Shown here piece after piece: positions 1-16,010 of a stretch of DNA of 64,000 bases. The DNA is from Eledone cirrhosa (taxonomy: Eukaryota), in NCBI GenBank assembly GCA_964016885.1, contig OZ024740.1:239754001-239818000 (forward strand), read 5' to 3'. A program made the translations under genes and the position numbers. Numbering within the stretch: position 1 is the stretch's first letter; the number at the start of each line of letters is the position of its first letter. The notes under the pieces are model-generated. The model was not told the origin of the DNA. It worked only from the letters and a program-made list of their open reading frames with translations, and did not search any database.

Positions 1-3187
<3,187 letters not shown>

Positions 3188-3300
3188 AGCTTTTAATGAA
3201 TTCCCTTTTCTATCAACCAATGACCTGCACCCATCCCACTCCCCACCCTATCCTACCACTTGTAGAGACCTATAAATACCATATTTATTTTTTGATACCC

Positions 3301-3351
3301 AGATTCCTGATGATTTCTTATGAATGGAACAGTTCTAGTCCTGTAGAATCT
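3301..3351 (+). ncRNA. Type I hammerhead ribozyme motif, core variant (GGAA instead of GAAA)
   Basis: AGATTC-CTGATGA-T TTC ttat GAA T-GGAA-CAG ttctagtc CTG-TA|GAATCT. Stems I, II and III all pair. Confidence 0.65.
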
Positions 3352-3363
3352 CATCTATATTAA

Positions 3364-3409
<46 letters not shown>

Positions 3410-3448
3410 GATATTAATAAATGGAAACTATATTTATAAAACCATATT

Positions 3449-3513
3449 TATTTCATTATACATATTTCAAGGACACCAAGTTCAATTATGGTGTGCTTTC
3501 ATCAAATAAAATA
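3449..3513 (-). ncRNA. Hammerhead ribozyme motif, mutated copy (TTGATGA)
   Basis: Mirror copy of 3677-3741 with C3>T in the core. Confidence 0.6.
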
Positions 3514-3676
3514 TAATATAGAACAGTTTTATAAATAAATATTGACATACCCTTAAAGAATGCAACCATTACTGTTGGAAGCTCCCGGATAGTGGAGTTG
3601 TAGCTTTAATTTTAGGTAAGTTGTTTGCATTCTTTAAGGGTATGTCAATATTTATTTATAAAATGGTTCTATATTA

Positions 3677-3741
3677 TATTTTATCTGATGAAAGCACACC
3701 ATAATTTAACTTGGTGTCCTTGAAATATGTATAATGAAATA
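3677..3741 (+). ncRNA. Minimal type I hammerhead ribozyme (family A)
   Basis: TATTTTAT-CTGATGA-AAG c ACACCA..TGGTGT c CTT-GAAA-TATGTA-TA|ATGAAATA. Predicted cleavage after 3733. Confidence 0.85.
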
Positions 3742-3867
3742 AATATGGTTTTATAAATATAGTTTCCATTTATTTATATCGTATTTTTACTCCAAATATT
3801 TGTTGAGTGCTTTATATCAGTTATAAAAATATTTGCTTGTTGTATCCCAATAATTTAAATAGAACTT

Positions 3868-3952
<85 letters not shown>

Positions 3953-5769
3953 GCACACATAGATACATTCAGTTTCCACTCACACCCGTATACACCATTT
4001 TCAGGTGATCTCTTGATCACGCATCCATACCTGACAGGTGCCATTGCTTGCTAATCAAATAAGGTTAATGGCCTATAATACCTACTTTGTTTACAGTGGA
4101 GTATTAAGTAGTAAATCTACAAATCCTACTTATATGCTTTACTCAGTTTGATAGTACTAACATACTTATATACCTTGCTCAGTGTAATAATACTAACATG
4201 CACTGACATATCATGCATCTACTAATAACAACATGAGAAGCGTCGACCGAATTACGGAGTTGCGGGAGTAGAAGCAGTAGCAACAACAGCAGTAGCGGTA
4301 GCAGTGTTAGCAGCAGCAACGGCAGCAGTTCCAGTAGCAGCAACAAGGAGAAAAGTGCCACATTAAACTAAATGTCAGTTCCCTGGTAATTTCGCTGTCA
4401 GGGAAATGTCGTGAAAAAAAAATAAAACTGAAATTAAGTTTTGCAGTCAATAAATAACTACTTTTATTTTAATGGATAGATTCCAGTCTCAAAATTGGAC
4501 AAAGAATATTAAACACGTACTTGTCTTTGCGTGTAAGTATGCATATGTACATGAATGTAAGTGTGTGACGATATGGTTGGTGTTGAAGTTATTTCTGTTG
4601 ACTGTAGTGATGATAGTGGAAATAATGATAGTCTACAATAATATCTAATATCCGTCTTTCGTCTTTAACATAAAAATGGCATTTATCTGTATCGAGGGGG
4701 CATTAAAGTTTTTGAAATTATTCTTCGAAACGTCACTACTTAGACCAACTTTATTTGTCTGAAATAATATATTGAATGTTATCTGTGATAAACGATATCT
4801 AGGCGAACTTCTCCAAAGATCCATGCCTCCAGCTGCAATATGTTTAATACGAGAAATTCAAATATCAATATATTGAAGACAATGTATGAAAAAATAACAT
4901 ATATAACATCGAAGTAACAAAGGAAACCTATATGCTTATTGATATTGTTTATTATGGATACAAACATGAAAGTATAAAACTGAAACTTGAATAACTAAGA
5001 TGCAACATCTTGTTTGTAGTCAATATTGTAAACTTGTCATCTTTCCTTTAGATCTTAGAAACTAACTCAAATGTCTGAGGTGAGCCACTGTCAACGGGAT
5101 TATAATGTTTTGGACCTCATTTTTACATCTACACTACATATGCCTTGATCAGAATGCATTTCCTCAATTGCAAGATAACTGCAGTGGAAACTTAGAAAAA
5201 TCAAAAGAGAAATGCATATAGCAATTGTTGAAACAAAATCAACAAGTCAAGCATTGACATCAGCTTTTTATGGCTGGGTTTGTGAAAAGCATATTTAAAC
5301 AAATGTTTGACGACGGTCTGAGGATGAAAATTAAATAATGACAAGAAAAGTGCATGTTGCAATTGGAAATCAGGAAAAATAGGGAATTGCTCTTGAAAAA
5401 TGCAGGGGAAAGATATATTAATACGATTAATTAGCTTGATCAGAGAGGTTTTTAATGAACGATGTAAATTGTGAAAGCAACTTGAGAAAATACGAAAAGT
5501 AAGTTCTCTGAATATCTGGTTAGAAATTGTATTATAATCATGTATCAGCCGACATGTTCAGTAGAAAAAAATAAAAAGGCACCAGTGCTCGTCTTTCACT
5601 TGCAATTGCCAGACATTAGTTGATGTTCCTAAATGTCATTACCCTGAGAACAGCCAAATTTATATATTTTAAGAATATATTTACGCTTTAAAAGTTTTTT
5701 TTAAAGATAATTGAAACACTTTAGTTGAAGAAAAGACAAAATATTTGATAAATTTGATACTACAGTAAA

Positions 5770-6502
<733 letters not shown>

Positions 6503-7358
6503 TAGTGTGTGTATTAGTGTGTGTATGTACCTATTTGTCTGTCTGATTCTGTTCGTAAAACAATTCGTTATATTATAATATCCATATAAAGTATCACTAT
6601 ATAACCGATACAACACTGTATAATTAGTACGAATTCTATACTATGTTCGATTGAGATACTTTGAATGTAAAGGGTCACTCTGTATACCTTAAATACAATC
6701 CCATGAGTCACTATTAAGCCTAAGCCATTTCTATTCATTGACGTCATACGTTTTTGGCAAATCATCATTCACGCTAATGGTATTTGACAGTTCATATATG
6801 AACCAACAGCAGCAATAAAACGAGACATAAAAATGATTGCAGCAATTTATGTATTTCCTACAGATGGCATAAAATCACAAATAACAAAACAAAGATTGTA
6901 GATGGAATTAATGCGTATGTAAATATTTATAAGAACATAAATTGTCAATGAAGCGCTCGCACATACATGCATACATACATATGCACCTACATATATGCTT
7001 TATACACACAGATATATATGTATATATTTATATATATATATAATCTATTCTATATTATACATTTGCAAACATCGTTTTGTATTGAAAAATGGAAATTGTC
7101 GGCAATTCACAGCAGGTAGACCAGATTTCTACTGTTTCTTTCTCTCAAATAAGCTATAAATGTAAAATTAATCAAAACAGATAATTTTACCTTCATCATA
7201 TCCTTACCATATGCATTGATAATTCTTAATATATGTATTTACATGAACTCGAATTTCTTCTAGAAATGTCTTACATAGCTAGATAGTCTATTTGACTCGT
7301 TGTTTCGACGACGAATAGATGATTTCGAAAGAAGTTTAATACTAAAAATATTGTGTGC

Positions 7359-7475
<117 letters not shown>

Positions 7476-8031
7476 AGTATGCATGTATACGTACATACAT
7501 ATATGTATACAGACGTACAGTAGCATGCACATATATATATATATATACATATATATATACATATGCATACAGGTACACATACACATATGCACGTATCAGT
7601 TTAGCGGCGCTTATTATAACGTCGCTTTGTTCGTTTGTAAACAAACTGAACAGCCTGAATTTATGCCATACGGTGTTAAGGCAACCACGTCACCTTTTTG
7701 TTCAACACTGACACAGGAACGATGTACTAGTTTCAAGCTTGTTAGCTATCATCAGCACCGTTTACCCATCTGCCAGATAGTTGAACGTTCGAAAGTATAT
7801 ACTTTCCTTATGAAAATTAACGGCTGAGCAGCCTAATTTGCATATTGAGTGAGTTAAATCGGTCAGGCATACCGAAAACGATAAATTGAAACAAAATGAA
7901 AACGAAATTTCATTTCTCACTCTTAGTATGGCACTTACTTAAATGTAAGTATGCATGTATACGTACATACATATATGTATGTTTAACATACATATATGTA
8001 TTGTTTAACCCATCAATTTAAATATAACTTT

Positions 8032-8096
<65 letters not shown>

Positions 8097-8169
8097 TATA
8101 TGTATATGCATATATGTATATATGTATATGCATATATGTATATATATGTATATATATATATATATATCT

Positions 8170-8756
8170 AGGGTGGGTTAAATTCCCGAGATCCATGGAC
8201 GAGTTCTCTCCAGTGGTCTCTGTCCCTCATTATCGCTGCCATGTCCTGCGTCTCCAACAGACCAGTGTCTGTCATTAGGGAATCTACATACGTTAACCTA
8301 GGTCTTCTTCTTCCGGTGTGTCCATGCAGGGGCTCCCACAGTGCACTGAGTGTAGTGTCAACTCTGAATATCGGTGAGCATGTTCAGCTAACCCCAGTCT
8401 CCTCTGTGTCACTTTTGAGCTTACTTTTGGGAGGGTCCCATACAGCTCTGAGATTTTCATCCTCAGTGTATACTGATTAAAGTTCAGAGCCATCCTCAAC
8501 ATTCTCGTGTAGCACCCATCCACCATCTGAGCGAGTTTCTTGGTCAGTGTCCAAATCTCAGAGAGACATAGTTTTGGTGACAAATACAGTGAAGGAGTTA
8601 GAGGATTTGATGAAGGAGATTGAGACTGTGTCGATGAGTGTGGGGCTGAGACTAAGACAAAATATCTGGTAGAGTATGTTGAGAAGTCGGAGGGGATTAC
8701 TAATGTAGGCGGGAAGCCGCTAGAATTGTTTGGGGACTTCCTATATTTGGGAGCAA

Positions 8757-8760
<4 letters not shown>
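8170..8760 (-). mobile_element. 3' fragment of an RTE-type LINE, decayed
   Basis: Peptide SEIWTLTKKLAQMVDGCYTRMLRMALN...RRLGLAEH, then a GRPRLTYVD-type C-terminal motif in another frame; typical of RTE ORF ends. Confidence 0.75.
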
Positions 8761-8784
<24 letters not shown>

Positions 8785-8792
<8 letters not shown>

Positions 8793-8944
8793 TAATATAA
8801 CAGATTAAAGTTTAAGCAAAGAATCGCTGCTTTCACCCTTAACGGGATCTTCTGAAACTAACTAAGGTTAGTTTCAGAAGATCCCGTTAAGGGTGAAAGC
8901 AGCGATTCTTTGCTTAAACTTTAATCTGTTATATTAATAAATAT
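8785..8944. repeat. Perfect hairpin: 78 bp arms, 4 nt loop (TAAG)
   Basis: 8785-8862 is the exact reverse complement of 8867-8944; the left end abuts (TA)n. Confidence 0.97.
8870..8920 (+). ncRNA. Hammerhead ribozyme motif, U4A core variant (mirror copy 8809-8859 on -)
   Basis: AGTTT-CAGAAGA-T CCC gttaa GGG T-GAAA-GCA gcgattctt TGC-TT|AAACT. All three stems pair. Confidence 0.7.
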
Positions 8945-9026
8945 TTGCTCTTCGGTTCTTATATATTTGATATATATTTTCCTTATCGAGCCCTCTTTGG
9001 ATTTTAGTCTTCAATTTTATTATTAT

Positions 9027-9086
<60 letters not shown>

Positions 9087-9269
9087 ATACTTGGGGAGGG
9101 TCATGTTATTGTAATAATATTACCAGAATTAATAACAGAACACAGTCACTGTTTGGTTGGTTTTCGTTGCTGTATCTTTTATATCAGTTAATTTATTCGG
9201 TCCTCAATGTTTACCATTGACTGACCAACGGTCAAAAATACAGATATAATATAGACACAAACACATATA

Positions 9270-10288
9270 TATATAGTCTAACAAAGTTCTTTCGTTGCAC
9301 ATCTGCAACATCGTCAGTGGTGCTATTGTGTTTCCTCCTGTTGTATTGTATGTCTACGCCATCTTTATTTAATCTGTTTATTTACTTATTTATTTATTTA
9401 TTTATTTATGTATTCTCTACGCATGCGTTTGCGTGTGTGTATAGTGTTTGATGGGTGTTCGTGTTTGGGTGACTGTGTTTTGGTTATTGTATTCTATCTT
9501 AGTTTACTAGTGTGTGTTTATATGTGTTTGTTGTTATTGTGCTTGTGTATGTATTTATTTATTTATTTATATTTCTCTTAAGTTAGTATTGTTTGTTTGG
9601 GTGTTGTTGCTATTCCATTCATTTTTCTGTTTAGCTTTGGCCTTCTAAGTTCTATTTCACTTACCTCTCTGATTTGCCTATCTGCTGGGTCATTTCTATA
9701 TTTAGATATTATTTTAATTTCTATGTTGTCTATGTTACCGTCATGTTGTTGTCTGGCGTGTTCATATAGTACTGAACCGTTTTTTCGTCCTTTTAGTCCC
9801 CCCCAGTGTTGGTCTATCCTTTCACCTATGCTACGAGCTGTCTCGCCTATGTATGTTGTTGTCATGTTTCTGCAAGTACCCGCTGTAATCTTATGCTATA
9901 GACTACGTTTCTAGTTTTACAGTTTATCCGGGGGTTTACTTTACATATAATACAATTCCTATTGGTACAGTGGGTTTTCTTAAAAGGGTATGTTTTGCTG
10001 ATCAGGGATTTTATGGTGGTTCCTGGCTTTTCTACCACCTTAATCTTTAAGTGGGTCTTTCTCAGGGTCTTTCTACACTGGTTAGCTAATTTCCCTCCAG
10101 GAGTAGCGTTCACATAACACTCTGGTATGTTTAGTTCTATCTAAGCTATTCCATGATTTGCTCCTGAATAATGGGCAAATTCCTTTCATGTCCAGTTCTA
10201 TGAGGGTCTTATACTTCTCCGTGGCTCCTTCGTATACTCTGATTCTGTCTCTTTGTTTGTAGCCAGAGAACTGCATGCGGTTGATGAT
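9270..10288 (-). mobile_element. 5'-truncated Penelope-like element: RT thumb, Cys linker and GIY-YIG endonuclease, frameshifted (possibly Naiad-like)
   Basis: RMQFSGY..., NATPGGKL, CTNRNCIIC..NC linker, NVVYSI...YIGETARSIGERIDQH, PKLN. Clade assignment is tentative. Confidence 0.85.
9279..9321 (-). ncRNA. Degenerate hammerhead motif at the 3' end of the PLE
   Basis: ACCA-CTGACGA-T-GTTGCA gatg TGCAAC-GAAA-GAAC-TT|TGTT. Stem II is perfect; stem I has a mismatch. Confidence 0.55.
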
Positions 10289-10294
10289 GTATAT

Positions 10295-10540
10295 ATATAA
10301 GCAAAAGGGATATTCAATTTGTTGGTAATTCAACAAATATAAATGTTTATAACTGATTCAAAGCACTCGACAGCAAAAACTTGAACCGTTAAGTTCTTCT
10401 TTCCTTGTTATGTCAATATTTATAAAACAAACTTTGTATTTTATCTGATGAGAGCGTACCAAAGTTTTGGTACCCTTGAAATATATATAATAGAATAAAT
10501 ATGGTTTTATAAATATAGTTTCCATATATTTAATATCATT
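10295..10540 (+). mobile_element. Solo pLTR fragment of hammerhead family A
   Basis: Shares tatgtcaatattt...hammerhead...aatatggttttataaatatagtttcca with 3640-3770; short (TA)n on both sides. Confidence 0.7.
10437..10497 (+). ncRNA. Minimal type I hammerhead ribozyme (family A)
   Basis: TATTTTAT-CTGATGA-GAG c GTACCAA agtt TTGGTAC c CTT-GAAA-TATATA-TA|ATAGAATA; palindromic stem III. Confidence 0.88.
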
Positions 10541-10679
10541 GTATATATATATATAGCCGTCAAAACGGGTTGAGCTCTGCCGTCCGGGTTAAACATATTC
10601 CGATTACCCACTCTACTACCCTAAGTATTGAGTACTCTGGTGCGTTATGGTCCATCTGGTTCCTTACTACACCTCCTTC

Positions 10680-10755
<76 letters not shown>

Positions 10756-10871
10756 TATATTATATATATATATGGTGGTAGAACACTGAAGGTAATATCC
10801 GTAGTGGTAGAGCACTCAGTCCATGGGACGAGTTTGGTAGAAGTGGATATACAACAGTTAGTTCACCATAC

Positions 10872-10909
10872 CGAGAACAACTGTTTCACCTTAGCGGATC
10901 CTCAGCTCG
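10872..10909 (-). ncRNA. Minimal hammerhead ribozyme in PLE pLTR
   Basis: CGAG-CTGAGGA-T CC gctaa GG T-GAAA-CAGTTG-TT|CTCG. Confidence 0.75.
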
Positions 10910-11984
10910 TAATGGACATGGTTATACGGAACAGGATGGACAACCGAACGAACACGCATGCGCAGAAACGGTCACTTCCCTCAATACTAAATTGCGTGCG
11001 AGAGGTGTAAGGGAGATAACTGCGAAAGTCCGAAAGTTTCTAGTTGATAAGAAAATTAGGATGTTGTAGTAATTCAATCTGGAACTTTGTAGTTATGTAA
11101 GAGGTGTTTCCAGACGTGTGGACAACGTCTGAAGAATTCGACCTTCAGTTTAGGCAATCGTTATTGCGTAATCTCTTTAGAATATTTATTCGTTCATCAA
11201 TACCTAGTCCACACGACAGATTGCCCGTTGCGTATGGCTTGGACTTAGTGATGGCTTTCCATTGAGTAGAGTAGTCTATACTTGAGTCCGTGAGGGCCCA
11301 TACGTGGCTCGCGAGTTTCGTTTGTCGGGGTACCTAAAGGTCGACTGGTGGTTCAGGAAGCGTTCCTTAAATCGGCCCTCCGCCATACCCACATAGGATT
11401 TGACCTCCTGTGGTTGATTTGGTCGGGTGGAAGTGACCATAGTTTCATAAACTACAGCGGGTATTTGCATTGCTGCTGAAGGGGACAAGCTTCGGGATTA
11501 CGCCAAGAGCACCCTGGTGGGGTGTTGCTCTTAGGGCTGTTGGTGATGTGGGCCTTCATGTTCTTAGCGCAGGAGTATCCTAGTTTTACTTTGTGTTGGT
11601 TAAAGATGGAGCGGTATTTATGACCTATGGTAAAGTGTCTATCTAAGCGGGCTAGACATTTTTTGCCTACATTGATTTTAACGAGTGAGAAGGGAGGAGA
11701 GAACCAGATAGTTTGTCTATAGTTACGCTTTGTTTTCTTATTTCTGTTGTTATTAGTGGGAGAGTAAGTGATAGGTTGCGAGAAGCCGCTGTTAGCTAAC
11801 GCCGTGTTATAGTAGGGTGCTGCTCTGTCAAAGATAGCTTTATTAGAAGAGACGTTTGAGATTCTAGTACTGATATCATTTAAGAAGTTTCTAAAAACAG
11901 TGGGAGGGTGGCATGAGTCCTTGTGAATGTAATTGAGTTTTTCGTTAAGCTTATGGAAGGGTCTGTATGTGTGTGTGCGAAGGT

Positions 11985-12767
11985 CTAATCTAAATTAATG
12001 TCTAAGAAATCTAAGCTAGAGAGGTTGGTTGCTACTGTTATCCTAAGTCCTAACTCATTGAAGGTAGAAGCTAAGTCTTTTTTAAACCGGTCGTGGTTGT
12101 GACCACTTTTATGGCTCGATAAGGTCAGTCCGTCGTCGCGGTATATTCCCGTGTGGAAGTCCGGGAATCTAACACGTAATATGTCTAAAATAAATAGGCC
12201 AACCAAGTCGCATACGTCAGCACTGTCAAATGATCCCATGGAGACGTCGAACAGGTCTGAAGTTGTTGAATTCCTTGCCCTGGCTACTCCGTTGTTGAAG
12301 AGGAGTGTTTTCCGGCAGTGAGCGATGATTTCCCTGTCTAAACCATCGACGGTAGTGTAAGTGGTAGCGAAGTCCAACGCTTTGTTTAACAGGGTCTCTG
12401 AGATCGACGGGTAAAAATCAACAATGTCAAACTGTGTGAACTTCGCTTTTTTGGATTTGAAGGAGTTGAACCACTTAATTACGGAATCGCTGTTCTCCCA
12501 CTGGCACATGTTGGACTTGGTCCTAATGGTCTTAATTATGTTTATAAGTATGGCCTTACTGACTAGTCCCATATCTGTGCGTGTGGCGTTAGAAGTAAAC
12601 TCTACCTTGTGATCTTTCAGGGTGAGGAACGCCTCCCGCTTAGCTAGAGATTGTAGCTTTGTATCTACCTTAAAAGCGGCGGCAAGTTCTTTGGCTTCTG
12701 TATTAATGTCGTAGTAGGACATAGGGTTAGCTTTCTTATATTTGGAAGTAATAGCGTTATGGGCCAA
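11985..12767 (-). pseudogene. PLE reverse transcriptase core (open segment of a disrupted ORF spanning ~11080-13065)
   Basis: 260 aa with AFLTLKDHK, QWENS, FDIVDFYPSI, YRDD and LDFLDINLD; flanking stops and frameshifts. Confidence 0.9.
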
Positions 12768-13667
12768 GTGGCTGTAAGTGGTGTTGTCGACTTCGTAAAT
12801 ATTATTAGTTTTGTCGGAAAGAACGAAAGTATTATTAGAAGACCTAAATTTCTTAATATCATTCCTAAAGTTTAGTTTGAAAGGTGTTAGGGTGTTTACG
12901 AAAGGAAATGTTAGCGACTAAGTAAAGAAGGTCCGCCTCGAAAGGAACAAGTTCAGTTACGTTAGGAGGGTAGGCTCTCGATTTCAGCTTGAAGGTGTTA
13001 CTGGTACCTGTAATTTTGCCGTCAAAAGCTAGGGCTCACCATCTTAAGCGTCTGGCGAATCTTCTGCACCAACAGCCCTAAAAGCAACACCCCACCAGGG
13101 TGCTCTTGCCGTATGCCCGAAGCTTGTCCCCTTCAACAGCAATGCAACACATCCGCTGTAGTTTATGAAGCTGTGGTCACTTCCAACCGACCAAATCAAC
13201 CACAGGAGGTCAAATCCTATGTGGGTATGGCGGAGGGCCGATTTAAGGAACGCTTCCTGAACCACCAGTCGACCTTTAAGTACCCGGACAAACGTTTATC
13301 CACGAAACTCGCGAGCCACGTATGGTCCCTCAAGGACTCAAGTATAGACTACTCTACGTGTGGACTATGTATTGATGAACGAATAAATATTCTAAAGAGA
13401 TTACGCAATAGCGATTGCCTAAACTCAAGGTATGAATTCTTCACACGTTGTCCACACGTCTGGAAACACCTCTTACATAACTACAAAGCTCCGGATTGAA
13501 TTACAACAACATCCTAATTTTCTTATCAACTAGAAACTTTCAGACTTTCGCAGTTATCTCCCTTACACCTCTCGCACGCAACTTAGTATTGCCTGAGGGA
13601 AGTGACCGTTTCTGCGCATGCGCGTTCGTACGGTTGTCCTTCCTGTTCCGTATAACCATGTCCATTA

Positions 13668-13705
13668 CGAGCTGAGGATCCGCTAAGGTGAAACAATTGT
13701 TCTCG
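13668..13705 (+). ncRNA. Minimal hammerhead ribozyme in the inverted pLTR
   Basis: CGAG-CTGAGGA-T CC gctaa GG T-GAAA-CAATTG-TT|CTCG; palindromic stem III ACAATTGT. Confidence 0.8.
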
Positions 13706-13754
13706 GTATGGTGAACTAGCTGTTGTGTAACCACTTCTACTATATATATATTTG

Positions 13755-13950
13755 ATATTATAGAAGTGTCTTGTACAGGACTAGTACTGTTTCGTTAGAA
13801 GGAAATGACCAGGAAAGCCGGCTGTCAATGTGATATGGTAGTATTCACATATTTTCTGTTAGTATGAGAAGGTGGTGATTGGGCTGGGTGGAGATCATTA
13901 GCTGATGTATTTAAAGAATGGGGATTCTTTGAAAAAACTATATTTAGAGA
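13755..13950 (-). mobile_element. Old diverged copy of the 3190-3366 pLTR with a decayed hammerhead
   Basis: Minus strand reads ...gaatccccattc...aatgatctccaccc...ttcctggtcatttc..gaaacagtactagtcctgta, matching gaattcccttttc...aatgacctgcaccc...ttcctgatgatttc..ggaacagttctagtcctgta. Confidence 0.6.
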
Positions 13951-14113
13951 AAAATACATAATGATACTCCCCTTTGCCTTTGCCCTGACTAGGTATGTGA
14001 CGTTAGACACTACCTTAAAATTCATAGCGAATGGCCTTCAAAATGTTTTTAAAAAGCATACAGTATATTATTGAATATACAATACGTACATTCATATATA
14101 CATCACTATTTCA

Positions 14114-14272
<159 letters not shown>

Positions 14273-14321
14273 GTGTGTGTGTATTCGCGAGTGAATAATT
14301 ATAATATTATAATAATATTAA

Positions 14322-14455
14322 TTGCGGCCCTTGCCATTCTGAGTTCAAGTGCAGTCGAGGTTAACTGCCGTTCATCCTTACGGGATCGATAAAATAAAGT
14401 ACCAGTAATACACTGCGTATTTGCTGGCCTTGTGCCTAAAATAGAAACAATTATT
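14322..14455 (+). mobile_element. tRNA-derived SINE fragment (main family, Nin-like central domain)
   Basis: B-box-like gagttcaag, ttcatccttacgggatcgataaaataaagtacc, and 3' end gctggccttgtgcctaaa..gaaacaattatt. Confidence 0.8.
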
Positions 14456-14870
14456 AATATGCGGTTCATTTGCAAGTAAACAGCCTCATAACATCATGTG
14501 TGTTTTCTAGACGACTGTCGTCATCTGTTTGTTCCAGCGGTAACAGAGAGAAAACAGTGACAGTTGTTTTGAAGTTATTGCCCCTTATCAAGACCATGTA
14601 TCCTCTCGGCAAAGTCGGCCGTAAAATTGTTCGGTATGCAAATTAGGCTAATCATACGTTTGAGAATTCTTTGTATTCTCAGCAGTTCCAGCGGGTAGCG
14701 TTGATGAGAGGATACACAGTCTTGATAAGGGGCATTAACTCCGAAACATTTGTCGACTGTTTTCTCTCTGCTACCACTGGACCACTGGAACAAATGGATT
14801 ACTTCAGTTGTCTAAAACACACACATGGTTTTATGAGGCTGTTTGCTTGCGAACGAACCGAATATTAATA
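14452..14870. mobile_element. MITE/fold-back-like element with ~160 bp imperfect terminal inverted repeats
   Basis: tattaatatgcggttc..gcaagtaaacagcctcataa...gccccttatcaagac..gtatcctctc pairs with gagaggatac..gtcttgataaggggc...ttatgaggctgtttgcttgc..gaaccgaatattaata. No credible coding ORF. Confidence 0.8.
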
Positions 14871-15368
14871 ATATTATCATAATTTTATTATTATTCACTC
14901 ACGAATCAATTTAGGTATGCACCATGTTAGAGCGAAAACAATTTTTGTTTATAAATATATATATATATATATATATATACACAGGTAACATGCAATATAA
15001 ACTAGTATTAGTTATTTGGCTTGGATCAAACCAGACGGTTTCATTTGAAAATACTTTCTAATATATAAAAAAATAATTATATTTTATTTGTTTTAAAAAT
15101 CATTGTCTGAGCCATACTTTCAGAATATATACAGGGAAAATAAATTCAAAGTGAAATGATATTTATTGTGGTCTCTCTCGTAACTATTATGAAACATTAT
15201 AGAAGCACAGTGTGCAGTGTTTCAGCAGGGTCTTAGCCGTGTTAGCTAAAATGCCAAAATATCTTTAGTCACATTGGCTAAACTGAATTAAAGGATGAAA
15301 GAACTAAACCATCAATTTTAATACCTACTCCAATACGGTGTCATGTTTAGTATATTAGATAACTGAAT

Positions 15369-15665
15369 GGAGAAAGCACGTGTTTTAGTGCTTAGCGTGT
15401 TTGATTTACAATCAAGTGGTCATGAGTTCGATTACCGACGGTGCCATTTGTTCTTGAGCAGGATATTTTATTTCGTGTTGCTCAAGTACACTCAGCTGGC
15501 AAAAGTGTGTTGTAATTTAATGGGACATATTGTTACACACTGTGAAATGCTGAATCTCTCTGAGAACTTTTTAAAGAGCACATATGCCTATGGAATGCTA
15601 ATTCCGCGAGCAGGCTGTTCTATTGGGCAAGCAACTGGAACACTCATCGCCGGAACCGACTAAGG
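15369..15665 (+). mobile_element. Second tRNA-derived SINE family, diverged
   Basis: Decayed A-box (ttttagtgcttag), B-box GAGTTCGATT, then a tgttcttgagcaggatatttt..ctcagctg central domain. Confidence 0.65.
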
Positions 15666-15715
15666 ACCAATGCACTCACTTAAAAGAATGTTAAACTGTT
15701 GCTTCGTTCTGTAGG

Positions 15716-16010
15716 GAGGATCTTTGCTACTATGTCTCATCAAATACGTTAGTTGTATTTAAAAATATCAATGACAATTATTTCTTAATAGCCAACATAA
15801 TAAATATAGAATAGATACATTTTTTTCAGTGAGAAACCTTCTCTCGCCAAAAGAGTAGTCCCCTTAGTTTAGAGGATCTTTGTTACAGTGTCTCATCTAA
15901 AAATCGGATGTCTTTAAAAACGTAAAAGACAATGTTTTCTTAATAGCAGACGCAATATAAAATAGATTCAATTTGTTTGGTAGGAAACCTTCTGCCTCAA
16001 AAAATATAAT
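15716..16010 (+). repeat. Old tandem duplication, two ~155 bp units
   Basis: gaggatctttg..tgtctcatc...ttcttaatagc...gaaaccttct occurs at ~15717 and ~15872. Confidence 0.7.

Larger units (their letters stand above)
3407..3783. mobile_element. Miniature fold-back element of two inverted pLTR fragments (159 bp arms 3407-3565 / 3625-3783)
   Basis: Arms are reverse complements with a few mismatches. Each carries a hammerhead motif, and the left end abuts (TA)n. Confidence 0.85.
10775..13740 (-). mobile_element. Penelope-like element with inverted terminal duplication (10837-11545 vs 13067-13740)
   Basis: RT motifs FDIVDFYPSI, DVSMGSFD, GIYRDDGL; GIY-YIG VVYE...YVGMAEGRFKER. The 3' ~700 bp is repeated in inverted orientation at the 5' end, with (TA)n at both ends. 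Confidence 0.93.

Noticed and set aside
9578-10113. Selenocysteine-recoding PLE (reported for some Naiad elements)
   Set aside because: Linker cysteines are ordinary Cys codons; the TGA at ~9862 results from a frameshift.
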